A stretch of 61,648 bases of DNA, filler included, from Hausera hauseri (GCA_046269625.1; 11 parts of 11 records of this genome joined end to end with filler, not necessarily neighbours in it); one strand, 5' to 3'; shown: positions 1 through 14,050, counted from the first letter of the whole stretch. Numbers and translations: made by a program. The notes: generated by a model from the sequence alone, not told the origin.

Positions 1-452
1 ACACTCTTTATTTCATCATCATATTTAGCAGGTTTCTGCAATCGGCAAGTTAAATCGACTACTGAAACATCCGGCACATAACCAAATATACGTTAAAAAT
101 ATATGAGTAAAATTACCGTAAACATTGCACGGTCACAAAGATAATTTTCCATAAGAGTTTCGCCAGTTAGATTGGCTTATCGAGCAAAATAATTTGCAAT
201 AGCCATACTTTCGTTGAGAATTTTTCCATCTTCTAGTTCAACTGCCGGTAATTGTCCAGATGGAATTGTTGGTTTTATCGATGGCCAATCTTTAAATTCA
301 ACTCGTATATCTTCAAAATCAAATCCTCCCGCAAGCAAAACATGTCGAATTAGTTCACCTTTTCCTCGAATGTTGAAATACGTCAGCTAAGGGTTTAAAG
401 AATTTTAACTTGATTCAACGATATATTCGAATACCTTTATTTTTCCCGGCAT
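1..452 (-). pseudogene. sigma-class glutathione S-transferase, 5' part, with in-frame stop
   Basis: Manual translation MPGKIK|LTYFNIRGKGELIRHVL...DWPSIKPTIPSGQLPAV...ESMAIANYFAR*ANLTGET. Short GT-AG intron after the first exon; TAA at ~178-180. Resembles flatworm 28-kDa GST (IKPTIPGGRLPAV). Confidence 0.85.
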
Positions 453-2026
453 TTGTCAAACGTCTACAATGCATGACCTAATAACTGCCACTTTATTTAT
501 ATATTTACATAATCCATAAGTTGTCGAATGTATACATTTGTTGTAAGTTGATTGTAGAATTACAATACACCATGCCAATGAATAAGACCAAAGTCCAGGC
601 TGTTTGTTGAACAAAATTGATTTGTAGTCCTTCGAAAAATGATGTTCATCAGTATGTTTCATATATTTGATTATAGCATTACTTGCATCTTCGAATGCGG
701 TGAATTGATAGCATCTATTATAATTTTCATTTAGAGACTTTACTGAACTTTTTCATCTAAATATAAAAAGATTAAGTTAGTAATATTACAAATGTTACAT
801 TAAAATAAAATGAACAAAAATCTGAAAACATTCATTTAAAGAAAAAAGGTATAGATCCTATGAAAGGTACTGTAATTAGTATGTACATAATAAAATAATG
901 GGTTTCTCTGAACATGTGACGATATTATGCTTTAATTTAATTATTGATTTCAGTATTAATTATTAGTCATTATCGTGGCCATTTCGCTCATATATATACG
1001 TGTTACAGTTGAGGTAGCCATTACTCAACTTCCATTATAACAATAAATCAAGTTGATCGAGCCGACTTCAGAAAAGAAAAGGATTAATATTGTTAGTTAT
1101 GCATATGAATATTTTCATGATTGAAAATTGGTCACTACAATGATTGTTGCTAATCAAGTGTATATCGCACGTTGCTATTTGGATTAAACTAAAGTTTTAT
1201 TGTAATTAAATCGACTTTCAACTCTCTTTGAGTTTAATAAATTCTGAAAGAATTACAGGAAATATTGAGAAAGTATTTTCTAGAAAACAGAAAATCTCGC
1301 TGATTAAATATAACATGTAATCGATGATGGTATGAATTGTTAATTCTGTTTTAATATTTGAATCAATTCAGTTGTATTGACGAGCGTGTTTTATGGATGC
1401 AAAATATGGAAAGATGAATGAATATCGGCATAGGTGAAGTCAGATCAGGTCAAACATTGGAAGGACTACCTACAGAAGGACCACACGAAATTGACATTTT
1501 CAGTTAAATAGTTACACATGATCAACGGATTAAAAAGAAATTCGGGTACTGAAGTTCTACTTAATTTTACAAAAGAGGAAAAAGTACAGCAAAATCTGTT
1601 CGCGACTTATTTCTAGGATTATGGCTCCTGAACGAAAAAAGCTACTGACGGGTAATAGTCAAGGAAATTTTGAAACTTTTTCGTCGTTGTAATAACAATT
1701 TCATCGTCATCAAATTGCGTAGGACGATGGATTATTTTCTCATTATATATTGACGAGAAAGAGAGAATTAAATCGACGTCCATGGAATTCGTTCATTATT
1801 TTACAAAATATCCAAACATTTATAAAAATGACGTAAGTTATGACAAAATGAAAATCATTTCAGGAGCAATTAATAAGATACACGTAAATGCCGTGGAAAT
1901 TGCAAATATTTACCATTGAAATAAGGTGATGATGAACATTTGTCACGTTGAAATTCTATCATCAAATAACTATGATGAAAGATCTCGTCAGAAATCAACG
2001 CCCCCAGGAAAAATTTAGGTCACTTA

Positions 2027-4528
2027 TTAATGGCAAATGGGTATATAAAAAGTCAATTTTACTTCTGTTGTGTAAAACTCTTCACTGATGTTTGCCTGAG
2101 GAGATTCATCAAACAAATTAAATGGTTTAACGGTAATTTTCAATTCGTTGCTGCTTGTGATTGTGTTTGGCGTGTCTTCTATCGTAGGAGTATGAATACT
2201 GCCAACAGTGGTCCAAACAACGAGATCCTAAATTATTAATTATTATAAAAGAAGACATTTTATGTCATTTGAAATCATAATAAGACAAATCGCATGACTT
2301 GTAAAAATTTCTTTATCCAATTGTAAGTTGTACAAAATGTTAATGTAATACGAATTTGTGACTACCAACATAAATGCTGCATTCTTTAAATTATTGTGGA
2401 TGGCAAATTATCCACAACTTTGTGACAATCCTTTGACTCTTAAACTTATAAAATTTCTTACATTAATTGGTGGGATTATTAGTCGATTTGTGAATTTGGA
2501 TTAGATCATAATGCTGTTCAATGTTTTGTGACCGACTACTTAATTAATTGATTATTTTTATGATTCTTTTCTACAACATTTTATACTGTTTATCTAATTA
2601 ATTGCGAAATACCTCATTTCGCAGTTTGTCGTTGTTATCCAAAGATTTGTTAAAATTTACAGACGTATTAACAAAATTAACACCATTGAAAATACGCGAT
2701 CCACGAGTTTCATTATTTCTTCGTTTTGTTACAATCAGCTGATATCTAAAATCGATTTAAGTTTGACATGAAATTAGTCGAAATAATTTACTTCTTCCAA
2801 GATGCTGCCTCTGAAATCTCTGACGACAAAAGATCAGGAACCATTGCCCGATTAATAATTTGCATACAGCGACTATTATTTCGAGTATCTTTACAAATTA
2901 AATAATATTTCGGATGTTGAAAATTGTAACTAATTGATGACTCATTTTCATGTTCAATTATTCATTCATTTAACCACATGTTATTACCCATAATTTTCGA
3001 ATCTTTTTTTCTTAACATCAATAATGTGAAAATTAATATTCTTGTCAATAACATCGAGGTCAAGTTTGAAAAAGAATAAATGTTGATGAACGGGGAAAAT
3101 CAAATTCGTTGCCTTCGTTGCGTAGCCATATTGCGTAAGTTGCGGATTACGTGTTAAGCCGGCACTGTCAAAACTGTCCACATGAATGTATCCAGTTGGA
3201 GTGACGGAAATGTCGAATACCCCAGAATCATGAAACACAAAGTCGAATAGATAATCGTAATTGTATAATGATACAACAAATCGAATGTATAACAAATTGC
3301 TGGGTACCGCTGAAGCAAAATCCATTTGTGAAATGGATTTACCAAATTGAAAATGTCGACGAACCGGTTTCGTCGATCGTCGATGAAAAATACAAATAGC
3401 ATTTTCAACTCGATGAACTGTGTTCGTTTCTCGAGACAATTTGTCTATTGGTAGAAATCTGGCACCTGCTGGACAGTCAATTTTTGGAGATAGTTCAGAC
3501 ATGAGATACCCTATCCCATACATCGATTCAATTGCTGTCATTGTTTGAATGAATGGCGAAAATCCCAACTAACTCGTGACTATTTATTCCACAGAAATTT
3601 CAAATGCCATTCGCATATTTTGAAATCGTAGATCCATTATTTTGACACCAAGATCATTTGAGTACAGTAGAAACATACTCCAATTTCGATATTTTACTCG
3701 GCCATTTTTATCGATATCAATAAATTCACCGGCATGCTTTTTTGTCCGGTTGCATTTCCGCACTGTCTTCTGTTTTATCGTATTTGGATACGGCCATTTT
3801 GATAAATACTTTTGACTCATATGGCGATTTTTTAATTCATCCAATGTGTAAAAACGATTATCAAACCAAATTTGGCGAACTTTCCATTTCTGATAAAAAC
3901 TTTCGGAATGGTCGATTAAAATTTGCAGTTCGGATGGATTGCCGATGAACGGGCAAATTTTCCTGTTCAGTCTCAACCAAGTTGTTCGGTTACCCCATCT
4001 TTTTGTGTATAACGGTGATGCTGGCATGAACATAAAACATTGAAAATTGTCACAGGTTTGATTAGTATTATCAAATTGGTACTCTTCTTTCAAAAATAAT
4101 TTCAAACTCTTCAAAATGGTGATAAAAAATTGCGATAATAATTCGTATTCCTGATCCAGCAACGGTTTGAAATTACAACTGTAACTTTTTACCCGATCAG
4201 CTCGAATAACTTGATTGCCATTCAGTACAGTGAGTCGAAAATTACCGATCGAACACATTTTACTTCGATTTTCCGAACCAAATACTCGCAATGAGCGAAC
4301 TCGAATTTTGTGCGAATTATAAATTGACTTCAATGCCTCATGTTTATCGTACGAAAGATCGGGGGTCACGGAAAAGATGCTGGTAATATTGTAATGAAAT
4401 CTGAGATAATCGGAAACAATTTCATATTCGGATCTCGTCAATTCGTAGGTCAATGATGAGACAATATTGGCTGTAACATCGAAAATACTGACAATTGAAA
4501 ACAGCACGCACGTTTCGAAAAAATACAT
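2027..4528 (-). pseudogene. copper-containing amine oxidase (AOC family), full length but disabled
   Basis: Signal-peptide-like N-terminus; TPQ motif LYNYDY; Cu ligands HQH; last exon 2227-2027 DLVVWTTVGSIHTP supplies the third His. Introns 2746-2791 and 2228-2612. In-frame TAA (3584) and TAG (3569), plus a frameshift and TGA near 2965-3010. Confidence 0.9.
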
Positions 4529-5134
4529 TCAAAGTTCGGGTGTCTGAATTATGTTGTCTAATTGTTATCTATTTATATTCTCAACATTGGTTCGGGTTTT
4601 CTTATTGTTATTGTGAATTTCGTTCATAGTAAACAATGCTCAATTATGAAAATCATATGAATGGTTTGGTAACGTGTCTGAGAAAATTATTTTCTATTTA
4701 TATTTTAAACAACATTGTTTGTCATGCGGTGTCGAATAATTCCCGCCACTATCTTAATAGTACATAGACTATTTACAAAATATCTAATAGTACGTCTAAT
4801 TTATTTTTAAGTGCACTTATGAGGGTACCCGGGATTTTTGAAATGGAAATTACTGAGGAGTTTAGTCATAATACGGTTATAAGATTTTTGAGAAATGTAA
4901 TCAAAAAGAAATGCATAAAATATAATGATGATTAATAATATGAACTTTTCTTTCGTGGAATTTGTTAAAATTTATAATTCAATGAAGGTGGGGAATACTG
5001 TACAAGTACTATAAATGAGGTATTTTACTGTAAATATGGGTCGTTTGTATAACAAATAATCAGAGAGACATGTAAAATATAATGATGATTAATAATAATA
5101 TGGGAAAATTGGTGGACAATTCTTTTATGGAATT

Positions 5135-5620
5135 TGTTAATGAGCATCACACAGCCACATCAATTTAATTCCAAACTTGTCAGGCTTGGTGCCGATATAT
5201 TGTTCGAAAAGAACTCACCTGTGGAACTCAAACAGCTGTTCGTCGATTGTCAACCACTCATTGGACACATAGACGTCTCGCAGCTTCTTGATAAATGCGC
5301 TCGTAATCTCTCTCACTGGTGCCAAAGGGTCTTGTTTGTCCCATCGTAGTGAGTTGTCAAATCGCATAGCTGATTTGATCTACAGAAAGCGTTCCATTAA
5401 CATTGTGGTTCTACAAACAGGAATTCCATCACTTGTAGACAACATGTCTTCTACAGTACGATATTTCGCTTTAAATGCCCCATGACTATTAGGAGACCAA
5501 CAAAAGCTTCCAATTCCACAACATCCACTGTCTTCCAAACTTTGCGTTTACTTGGATTTTCATTATTCCATTTAAAAACCCGTCATTTTCCTTGTCAGTT
5601 GGTATAATACACGACATCTT
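5135..5620 (-). mobile_element. degenerate piggyBac (PGBD-like) transposase fragment
   Basis: Minus-strand translation ELEAFVGLLI...MRFDN...DPLAPVRE...LTIDEQLFEFHR*VLFEQYIGTKPDKFGIKLMWLCDA matches piggyBac motifs; contains stops and frameshifts. Confidence 0.8.
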
Positions 5621-5665
5621 GAAGAATTATTTTGGAGTTCTACATGTCGGTTCTAAAAGTACAAA

Positions 5666-5742
5666 TCGATTTAACTTGCCGATTGCAGAAACCTGCTAAA
5701 TATGATGATGAAATAAAGAGTGTCATTAAGAAAGCTTCGGAA
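5666..5742 (+). repeat. inverted duplicate of GST exon sequence
   Basis: 5666-5723 is the exact reverse complement of 1-58. Confidence 0.9.
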
Positions 5743-5842
5743 NNNNNNNNNNNNNNNNNNNNNNNNNNNNNNNNNNNNNNNNNNNNTTAATTAATTAANN
5801 NNNNNNNNNNNNNNNNNNNNNNNNNNNNNNNNNNNNNNNNNN
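5743..5842. other. artificial contig spacer (first of ten)
   Basis: 100-nt N-run around TTAATTAATTAA. Also at 15374-15473, 20754-20853, 25831-25930, 30518-30617, 35223-35322, 42745-42844, 47248-47347, 52419-52518, 56894-56993. Confidence 0.98.
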
Positions 5843-7635
5843 GTTGATAAGAGATAACAGTGTGGTGAAATGTGTAGAAGCAAGGCTTAAAGAGTGGATC
5901 TTTTTCGAAAGTTCTTTGGCATTGAGTAGTGACAAATGCTTGAAGATCGGGTGACAGTCGGATGAAGGATGATGATGACGTGGACACTTGATCATTGGGT
6001 GCGGTGGTTTTTGAGATGATGTTTCCAGAAGAGGAAGACTCATTACTCTCAATGCTAGAAATATAGGTAATCGAGGTATCATAATGTACAAGATTATTTA
6101 CAAAATTTTTATTTTTTAAAATTGATTTGATATTCGGTCTTATAAATGAATCGCATGCTGGTGAAATTGAATGTAAAACCTATGAAACTGATAAAATTTT
6201 GGAGGAAGGGCTTCCCATCAAACGACGCTGTCTACAGTCGACCAGTAAATTGTAATGTGAAAGAAAGTCTGATCCAAGGATTGGACTTTGTACATTGGCT
6301 ATTGTGAATTTCCAATAAAAAGGTTCAGAGAAACCTTATAGGGAAAAGGAAAGATTTGCTGTGCCAATGGTGCGCAACGGTTAACCATTGGCTATAAATA
6401 AGGGTTTACTGATTAAAAAAGATTTTTGCGATTCATAACAAAGAGGAAGAAGTGAGACTGCAGTTCCAGTATCAATGAGGAAAGAGATGGAAGAATTTTT
6501 AGAAGTAATGGTAGCTTGCAGTGCGAAGACAGCAAAGAATGCATTACGCCACTTTAATGAAGCGTTTGAGCCTTGACCAGAAGTGCCGTGACTTCTGGTG
6601 GCGTGGTTAGTTTTTTGAAGGCCTTGTGGAGTGTGACTATGCCGAGGAATTGTAAAATTTACAGCCTTGTATGCACTTGCGAGCATTGTCGCGAAATGTA
6701 TTGTGATTAATGCAGACGGCTCCTTTTGATACCAAGCTTTTATTGTAAAATCTACATCCTATGCAACATTTATTTGCGTTCTGCTTATATTTGGAGTGAA
6801 AAAACATGTCGGACCGTGCACAGGAAAACTGTTGCGCGAAAAACGACTCGATCTTGTGGGGAGCTGCTAATTCCAAGAAAAAAATTTGCGTGGCACTGTC
6901 ATTTAATTGAGCTTATATGTGATGGCTCTAATTGTTTGTCTTAGTGCGACATTGTGTATGTGCAATGATTGAGGTTGATTATCAATGTTTGTTATTGTGT
7001 TTTGATTGTGTATTGTTGGTGTTGTCAGTGCTGCTGCAATTGTGGGTTGATTTTGACTGTGTAGTATATCAAAGCTTTAGTGAGCCAACTGTGCCAATTT
7101 TTCCAGTGACGCACTGTCCTCAACGACTGTTAAAAGGGCTCAAATTTCCTTGGACAAACATTGCAGAAAATAGCGTCTTAAGAGATCGGAATTGATTGAT
7201 TGTGTTACTCCTAGCGTTCTCAGTTGCGACAAAGAAGTTCGAAGAAAATCTGAAGGTTTGGTATTGCCCCAGGTGTTGTCATTGAAGTATTTTTGGATTA
7301 TTAGGTCTATAAAAGGTTCAGAAAGTTTGAGTATTGCAGAGTAGAGGGAGTTGTAGGGGTCAACTTCTGTGAAAATTTCAGATAGGTTTGCAAGGCGCGA
7401 ATTTAAAAATGAGGGCAAATATACGAGCAAGCTATTGGCTTTGATAAACGGATCAGTGTGTTTGTGTGCATTGAGCCACCGGGCGTGAAAATCTAACCAG
7501 GTATGAGGTAAGTTTTGATTGTCAAGGAAGAAATCTACGCATTGGAACGTAGTTTTGGTGGTGGATTTGGTAAGATGTACGACTGGAATTGTGTGTGTCT
7601 TTTTGGTTTCGGAAGTGTCGGAATTGATATCTTTC
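5843..7635 (-). mobile_element. Ty3/Gypsy clade A copy 1 (gag-protease, truncated at both ends)
   Basis: Gag WGNTKPSDFLR; zinc finger; protease FLIDTGTAVSLLP. Close homologue of 8500-10270. Confidence 0.9.
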
Positions 7636-7643
7636 GTCTTAAG

Positions 7644-10600
7644 TAATGCAGATGTAATGGAATTGAATTCAAATCTAGAATGGTATTTCGAAACGGTTTT
7701 TCACTAGGATGATAACTTCATCATTAACGACGATATTGTAGCGTCGGGAGAACTTCTCATGGAACTAAGTATAAGAACAAATGGAAATAATTTTCGGACG
7801 TTGGATAAATTTTTATCATGCCTCATCAGATGCTCTTCAGACTTATCGCTTTGCAAAAATATCTTTGCCGAAACTGTATCTGTGTCGAACGTTGTAAATA
7901 GCACAGTACTGTCTTCAAAGCACTTTTCTGGAAATTTTGCAAATATTCTGATCGAATTAATAAGTCATGCTGCATGTTTTGTTATAGATATTGGCGAATT
8001 AGAACCTATTGAAGAGTTGCCCAATTCTCAGCGGCTCGAGTTCCTGGTGAAATATTTTAACAGCCCAATAGAAAAGGAAACAGTCCCGTTTGAAATTATT
8101 CAATAGTCTGCAATTCACGCAGCACTATTTTCTAGTGAGGATTTTCGACTCCTAACATGTTAATTCCACTGTGGTGCGGTTCTATTCCTGGTTCCGTGCC
8201 ACATGGTTGTGGGTCAGGCTGCGAGATGCCCGCGGCCACCACATTATGCAGCTGGAACCCAAGTGCACACTTTCATTTCCTTCTTCCACCAAAATAAACA
8301 TCTATATGAATATTACACATACGCATACACAACACCACAACACCTCCATTCATTCATCACAAAACATCTGTCTTTAAAAACTTCTACCTCCATCTCAACG
8401 GTTTTCTTCTTCCTCCAACAGACGATTCATCCCTTTCTATGCCGTTCCAATCTGTTTTCTCCATTACTTGCACCACACCCAGATATTTTGGTGGATCTGA
8501 TATTCGTTTCGATACTTATGAAACAAAAAATACACATACAATTTCAATTGTCCATCTTACCAAATCCACCACCAACACTACTTTCAAATGAGTAGATTTC
8601 TTCCTTGACAATCGCAACTAACTTCGTACCTGGTTAGATTTTCATGCCCGCTGGCTTAATGCACACAAAGTCACTGATCCGTTTCTTAAAGCCAATAGCT
8701 TGCTCGTCTACGTGATTTCCTCTTTAAAGTCGCGCCTTGCAAACCTATCTGAAATTTTCGCAAAAGCTGACCACTACAACTCTCTCTACGCTGAAATACT
8801 CAAACTTACTGAATCTTCTATACACATGATAATACAAAAATACTTCAATAACAACACCTTGGGCAATACCAGACCTTCCGACTTTCTTCGAACTTTTTTA
8901 TCGCAACTGAGCACGCCAGGTGTAACACAATCAACCAATTATTATCACTTATGACGCTACTTTCTGCAATCCTTGCCCAAGGAAATTCGAGCTCTTCTAA
9001 CTGTCGCTGAGGACAGTGCGTCACTGGAAAAATTGGCACAGTTGGCTGACAAAAGCTTTGATATACTACACAGTCAAACTCAACCCACAATTGCAACAGC
9101 ACTGAAAACACCAACAATACACAATCAAAACACAATATCAAACATCGATAATCAGCTTCAATCATTGCACGTAGAGAATGTAGCACTACGACAAGCAATC
9201 ACAGCCATCACAGATAAGCTCAATAAAATTACAGTGCCATGCAGATCTTTTTCTGGGAATCAACAGCTCCCAACAAGATCGAATCGTTCTTCGCGCAACA
9301 GGTCTCCTGTGCACAATCCGACCTCTCTTTTTTTCACTCCAAATTTAAGCAGAACGCAAATAAATTCTGCACTGAATACAAATTTTACAATCAAAGCTTG
9401 ATATCAAATGACGCCGTCTGCATTTATCACAATGAATTTCGGGACAATGCTCGCAAGTGCATACCAGGTTGTAACTTTTACAATTCTGTAGCACAGTCAA
9501 ACTCAAAAACGCCTTCAAAAAATTAATCACGCCACCATAAGTCACGGCAACCTCTGGTCATGGCTCAAACGCTCCATTAAACAGCCGTAATGCATTCTTT
9601 GCTGTCTTTACACTGCAAGCTACCATTACGTCAAAAAATTCTTCCATCTCTTTCCTCATTGATACTGGAGCTGCAGTCTCACTTCTTCCTCTCTTATGAA
9701 TCGCAAAAATCTTCTTCAATCAATAAATCCTTATTTACAGCCAATGGCGAACCGTTGAGCACCATTGGCACAGCACATCTTTCTTTTTCTCTATCAGATT
9801 TTTCTAAACATTTTTCTTGGAAATTCATAATACCCAATGTGCAAAGTCCAATCCTTGGATCAGACTTTCTTTCACATTACAATTTACTAGTCAATTGTAG
9901 ACAGCGCCGTTTGATAGGAAGCCCTTCCTTCAAAATTTTATCAGTTTCATCGGTCTTACATTCAACTTCACCAGCGTGCGATTCAATTATAAAACAGAAT
10001 ATCAAATCAATTTCAAAAAATAAAAATTTTGATAATAATCTTGTGCAATATGATACATCGAATACCTATATTTCGAGCGTTGAGAGTAATGAGTCTTCCT
10101 CTTCCTGCAACATTATCTCAAAAACCACCTTACCCAATGATGAAGTGTCCACGTCATTATCATCCTTCATCCAACACTTATCTGATCTTCAAGCATTTGT
10201 CACTACTCAATGCCCAAGAATTCTTAAGAAAGATCCATTCTTTAAGCCTTCCCCCAACACATTTCACCACATTGTTACTTTCATCAACGTCCAATTCGGC
10301 AAAAGTACGACCTCTTTCACCACGTTGCAGAAAAGCCGTCGCCGAAAAATTTCATATTTTAGAGAACACTGGAATCATCAGACGTTCCAAATAACCATGA
10401 GAATCACTTTTACACGTCGTGCCAAAGAAGGACGGCACCTTTAGACCTTGTGGTGACTATCGCTAATTAAACACCGTTACAATCATGTACGCATATCCAT
10501 CGCCTCTGATCAACAAAATCCTGCACAGACTGCATGGTAAATATTTTTTTCGTCCATCGATCTCCATAAGGCATATAACCAAATTCCTGTTGCTCCGGCT

Positions 10601-13030
10601 GACATACCGAAAACGGCTGTAATAACACCATTCGGTCTTTCCGAGTATGTCTATATGCCTATTTGGCTTCGCAGTGCCTCACAGACATTCCACAGACACA
10701 TTGATACAGTTCTTTCCGGATTAGACTTTGCTTTCCCATATAAAGACGACATTATTATCGCGTCATGATTCTCCAAACAGCATGGGGAACATTTGCGCAT
10801 AAGTTTCCAACGCTTGCACCAGAACAACCTTGAAGTAAACTTTGCTAAATGCTATTTTTTCCAACATAGCATCAACTTTCTTGGACACGTTATCACCCAA
10901 TCTGGCCATTCTCCCCAGCAAGATCGCATCACTCAACTCAAAAATGTCCAACTACCACGCACATCAACAGAAATGCGCTCTCTCCTCGGAACGCTTCACT
11001 TCGTGCACAAGTATATGCCTCACGGCTCAATACTCATGGTACCATTCTTCTCACTCAGTTCCGGTAAGAAAAAACAGCTTATTCACTGGACTGCTGACTT
11101 ATTCAATTCTTTCGAACACCTGAAGGATAATTTAAAAACTGTGGAAATCCTTGCATAACCTGATCCACATTCGAAACTTTTCTTAACATATGACACCTCC
11201 ACAACAGCAGCAGGCGCAGTACTGCATCAATTGAAGGACGGTTCTCATCAACCTCATGAATTCTTCTCACGAAAATTCTCGAAAGTCGAACAACGCTACT
11301 CGATTTTCAACAGGGAACTTCTTGCAAATTGATGTGAGGTCGTTTCATGAGCTGATTGATCGACCTTTTGAGGTTGCCGAAGTCTTAATAACAGTTTTGA
11401 AAAAAGTAGATTTATCTCATTTGATAACAGATGTTGCGTTTTTGCCTACCATGGCCACCCCAAGGAAATATTAAACAAAGTCGATAATTTTTCTTGCATC
11501 ACCGAATCCCGACAGCTGACAGTTCTCACTCATTGTCGATTAAAGGTTTCCAGGGAAGGGATTAATATATATGCCTTCCATATTCAATGATAGAATTTTG
11601 AAAGCGAAGAGTCGGACCCGATTATCGATCCGACGCGGCGATGGCGGACGTCCGGCCGTACCCAATTAAATGGGCCAAAGGGCACCGGCCGCTGTGGGCA
11701 CCACAATGGTTCAGCAGATTCGGCTTACCTAAGCACATAATCACTTATCAAGCCCTCAAATTGAGTCGAATTTTTTCAAATCATTAGTAAATCGACTGAG
11801 AATCAAGCATATTCACAAAACACCTTATCATCCTCAGTCGAAAGGGCTACTGGAGCGTTTTCATCGTACTATGAAAATCTCCCTTAAAATTTTAGCCGTC
11901 TCCAATCAACACTGGGTAAACCCTCTTCCTTACTTTCTACTGGGATGGCGGAACACCCCATCTACAACCACTGGCTACTCTCCGTTCGAGGCACTCTTTG
12001 GTATACCAGTGCATGCATTGTTCGAGTTGTCGGAGTGCGATGAAACACCCACTGACCAAACAATCCGGGCTGTGCAGGAGCACTTTCTTGCGCTGAATAG
12101 CGATTCGTTCTGCAGGATTCTAAATCACAAGAGAGTATACATTGCCGATACTCTATACACAGCCAAATTTGTATGGCAAAAGGAATTCAGTGTCGCATGG
12201 GTTCCAACCTCAGTACGTTGGACCTTTCAAGTTAATTCGTCTGAACTCACATACTGCTATATTCCTCAAACACGGAAAAGAATGCTCAGTGCACATCACT
12301 AACATCAAATCAGCATTCTTTATCAATGACAACCCTGATTATTCTGTTCCGCTTAGCAGCAATTCCTTTCTTGATGTTTTTACCAAGCCTTATATTCCAC
12401 CTCACAACAAACCTCTCGTTGACTTTTCTTCTTACCCTTCACTAAACCTTCAATTCTGTCATGATACTTCTTATCTACCTTCGTCAAACGCACAATGTTC
12501 TGATTCTTCTTCAGTTTAAAATGACAGTACACTTCATGCCTTTCCTCAATCTTCTTCAGACTTTCAATGTTTCAAACCTACTTTACCTTTCTCCTATTCG
12601 TCTTTGACTTATTTTCCTTCACAATCTTTATTCTTTTCAACACACACAACATCAAACACTAAACCCAGCAATCTAATAAATCTTCCGCCTCTACATACCT
12701 CTCTGTAACCTAATACAACGCACACAAACAAAACACGCAGAGTAACATTATGAATGTACAGTAGGGAAAAATCATTAGAAGGTATTCAACGTCTTGTCCG
12801 CACAAAGACTGACTAAAATAAACACTTCTTTTTGGCGCCTTTCATTTCCGTCTGCTTTGCTTTTATAGTTTTCAGTTCAGCCGCGGGGGTGATGCGGTGC
12901 TTCAGGCTTTGCGGTGGCCTTGTTTTTGTTGTGCCGTGTGTTGGGGGTTTATTCTCACCTATCGGAAATTTGTCTGCTTTGAAGAATTCGGAACAGGAAG
13001 AAAAATCAAATTAATATGGGAAATATGTAT
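7644..13030 (+). mobile_element. Ty3/Gypsy clade A copy 2 (UBL-gag, PR, RT, RH, partial IN, PPT), degenerate
   Basis: Gag 8500-9526; protease LIDTGA; RT HVVPKKDGT and YKDD; RNase H FSRK; IN YHPQSKGLLERFHR; G-rich PPT ~12883-12889 followed by TGATG at 12890. The 5' boundary is tentative. Confidence 0.88.
11330..11703 (+). mobile_element. solo-LTR-like insertion inside pol of copy 2
   Basis: 374 bp bounded by TGATG...CACCA; flanks caaat / caat approximate a 4-bp TSD. Its GC-rich 3' 100 bp is homologous to the reverse complement of 13945-14050. Confidence 0.65.
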
Positions 13031-13423
13031 AATTTTTTTTCTGTTCAGACAAAAATTCAGGAACACATTTATTCATAAACTTTATATACTCGATTGTTCA
13101 CATTGTATTTCGTCTTTGTTATTGAATAAAATTAAAAGCAAAAAGATATCAACAGTAATGCTCGATTATTATCAACTGTTGAACAACTTTCAATTCAGTC
13201 CTTAATTAAGGAAACTCGTTTCATTCCGTTTGGAGCCAATATTAACTTTAATTCTTCATTAGTAATATTATTACCCTGTAACGCCTTCTTATGAAATAGG
13301 AATAACTCATGTTTAGTTTGTTCCAACACTTTAAAACTTTTTAAACATCGATGTTTTTTGGTCTTACATATTGAATAATTTAATACTCCATCTACAAAAT
13401 TTGTGAAAATAGTAAAACCTTCT

Positions 13424-13755
13424 AAACCATTTTTACATTTTTAAAAAACAAGGTTTATAGATTAAATAAAGTTGATTCATTTCTAAATCCATTAAGGAGT
13501 ATTTTTGGCCAAGTTTAAATCGGTCACAATCGTATACAGTGACAGCACCTATCTGTCTTATCAGCATCATAATAGTCAAGAGATTAATTAGCCAATTCGA
13601 TTCATTTCCTCTGCGATTTCCGGCTACGTTTCGTAGGAAATCACCGAGTCTGTTGTTGTCGAAAGAAAATTCTTCTTTATGTTCTTCCTCCTTGTCAAAC
13701 CATTTTTACATTTTTAAAAAACAAGGTTTATAGATTAAATAAAGTTGATTCATTT
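13424..13755. repeat. perfect 59-bp direct repeat
   Basis: 13424-13482 is identical to 13697-13755. Confidence 0.9.
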
Positions 13756-13944
13756 TGCTCTAAAATTCTTAGTAATTTCCAAGTGCTTTATATAATCTAT
13801 TTTATTTTATTTTTAATATTATCAACCGCTTCTAAGGGTTGATAATTTTCCAAATTAAAGCATATTTTAATGTTACACCTTTTTAAAATAAAATTTTAAT
13901 ATTTGTAATATAAGTAGTCATATTACTAGGGTTATGGGCAGGTG

Positions 13945-14050
13945 TGGTGCCCACAGAGGCCGGTGTCCTTTGGCCCATTTGGTGGGGCACGGCTGGGCGT
14001 CCGTTGCCGTCGCGTCGGGTCCATAGTCGGATCCGATTTCCCCGCCTTAG
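13945..14050 (-). repeat. GC-rich LTR-end-like fragment
   Basis: Reverse complement aligns with 11600-11703 (mostly transitions) and ends at the same CACCA. Confidence 0.75.

Noticed and set aside
3569-3586. Alternative genetic code (stop codons read as sense)
   Set aside because: In-frame stops align to different residues (TAA to Glu in AOC and probably Lys in GST, TAG to Tyr, TGA to Arg in AGL) and co-occur with frameshifts, which indicates ordinary decay.
5787-5798. Repeated TTAATTAATTAA palindrome as a biological repeat or array
   Set aside because: Always centred in a 100-nt N spacer; it is a synthetic six-frame stop linker.
12892-12945. RLCGG di-Gly motif after the PPT as a second UBL
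   Set aside because: Not preceded by a UBL-length domain and absent from the other 3' end.
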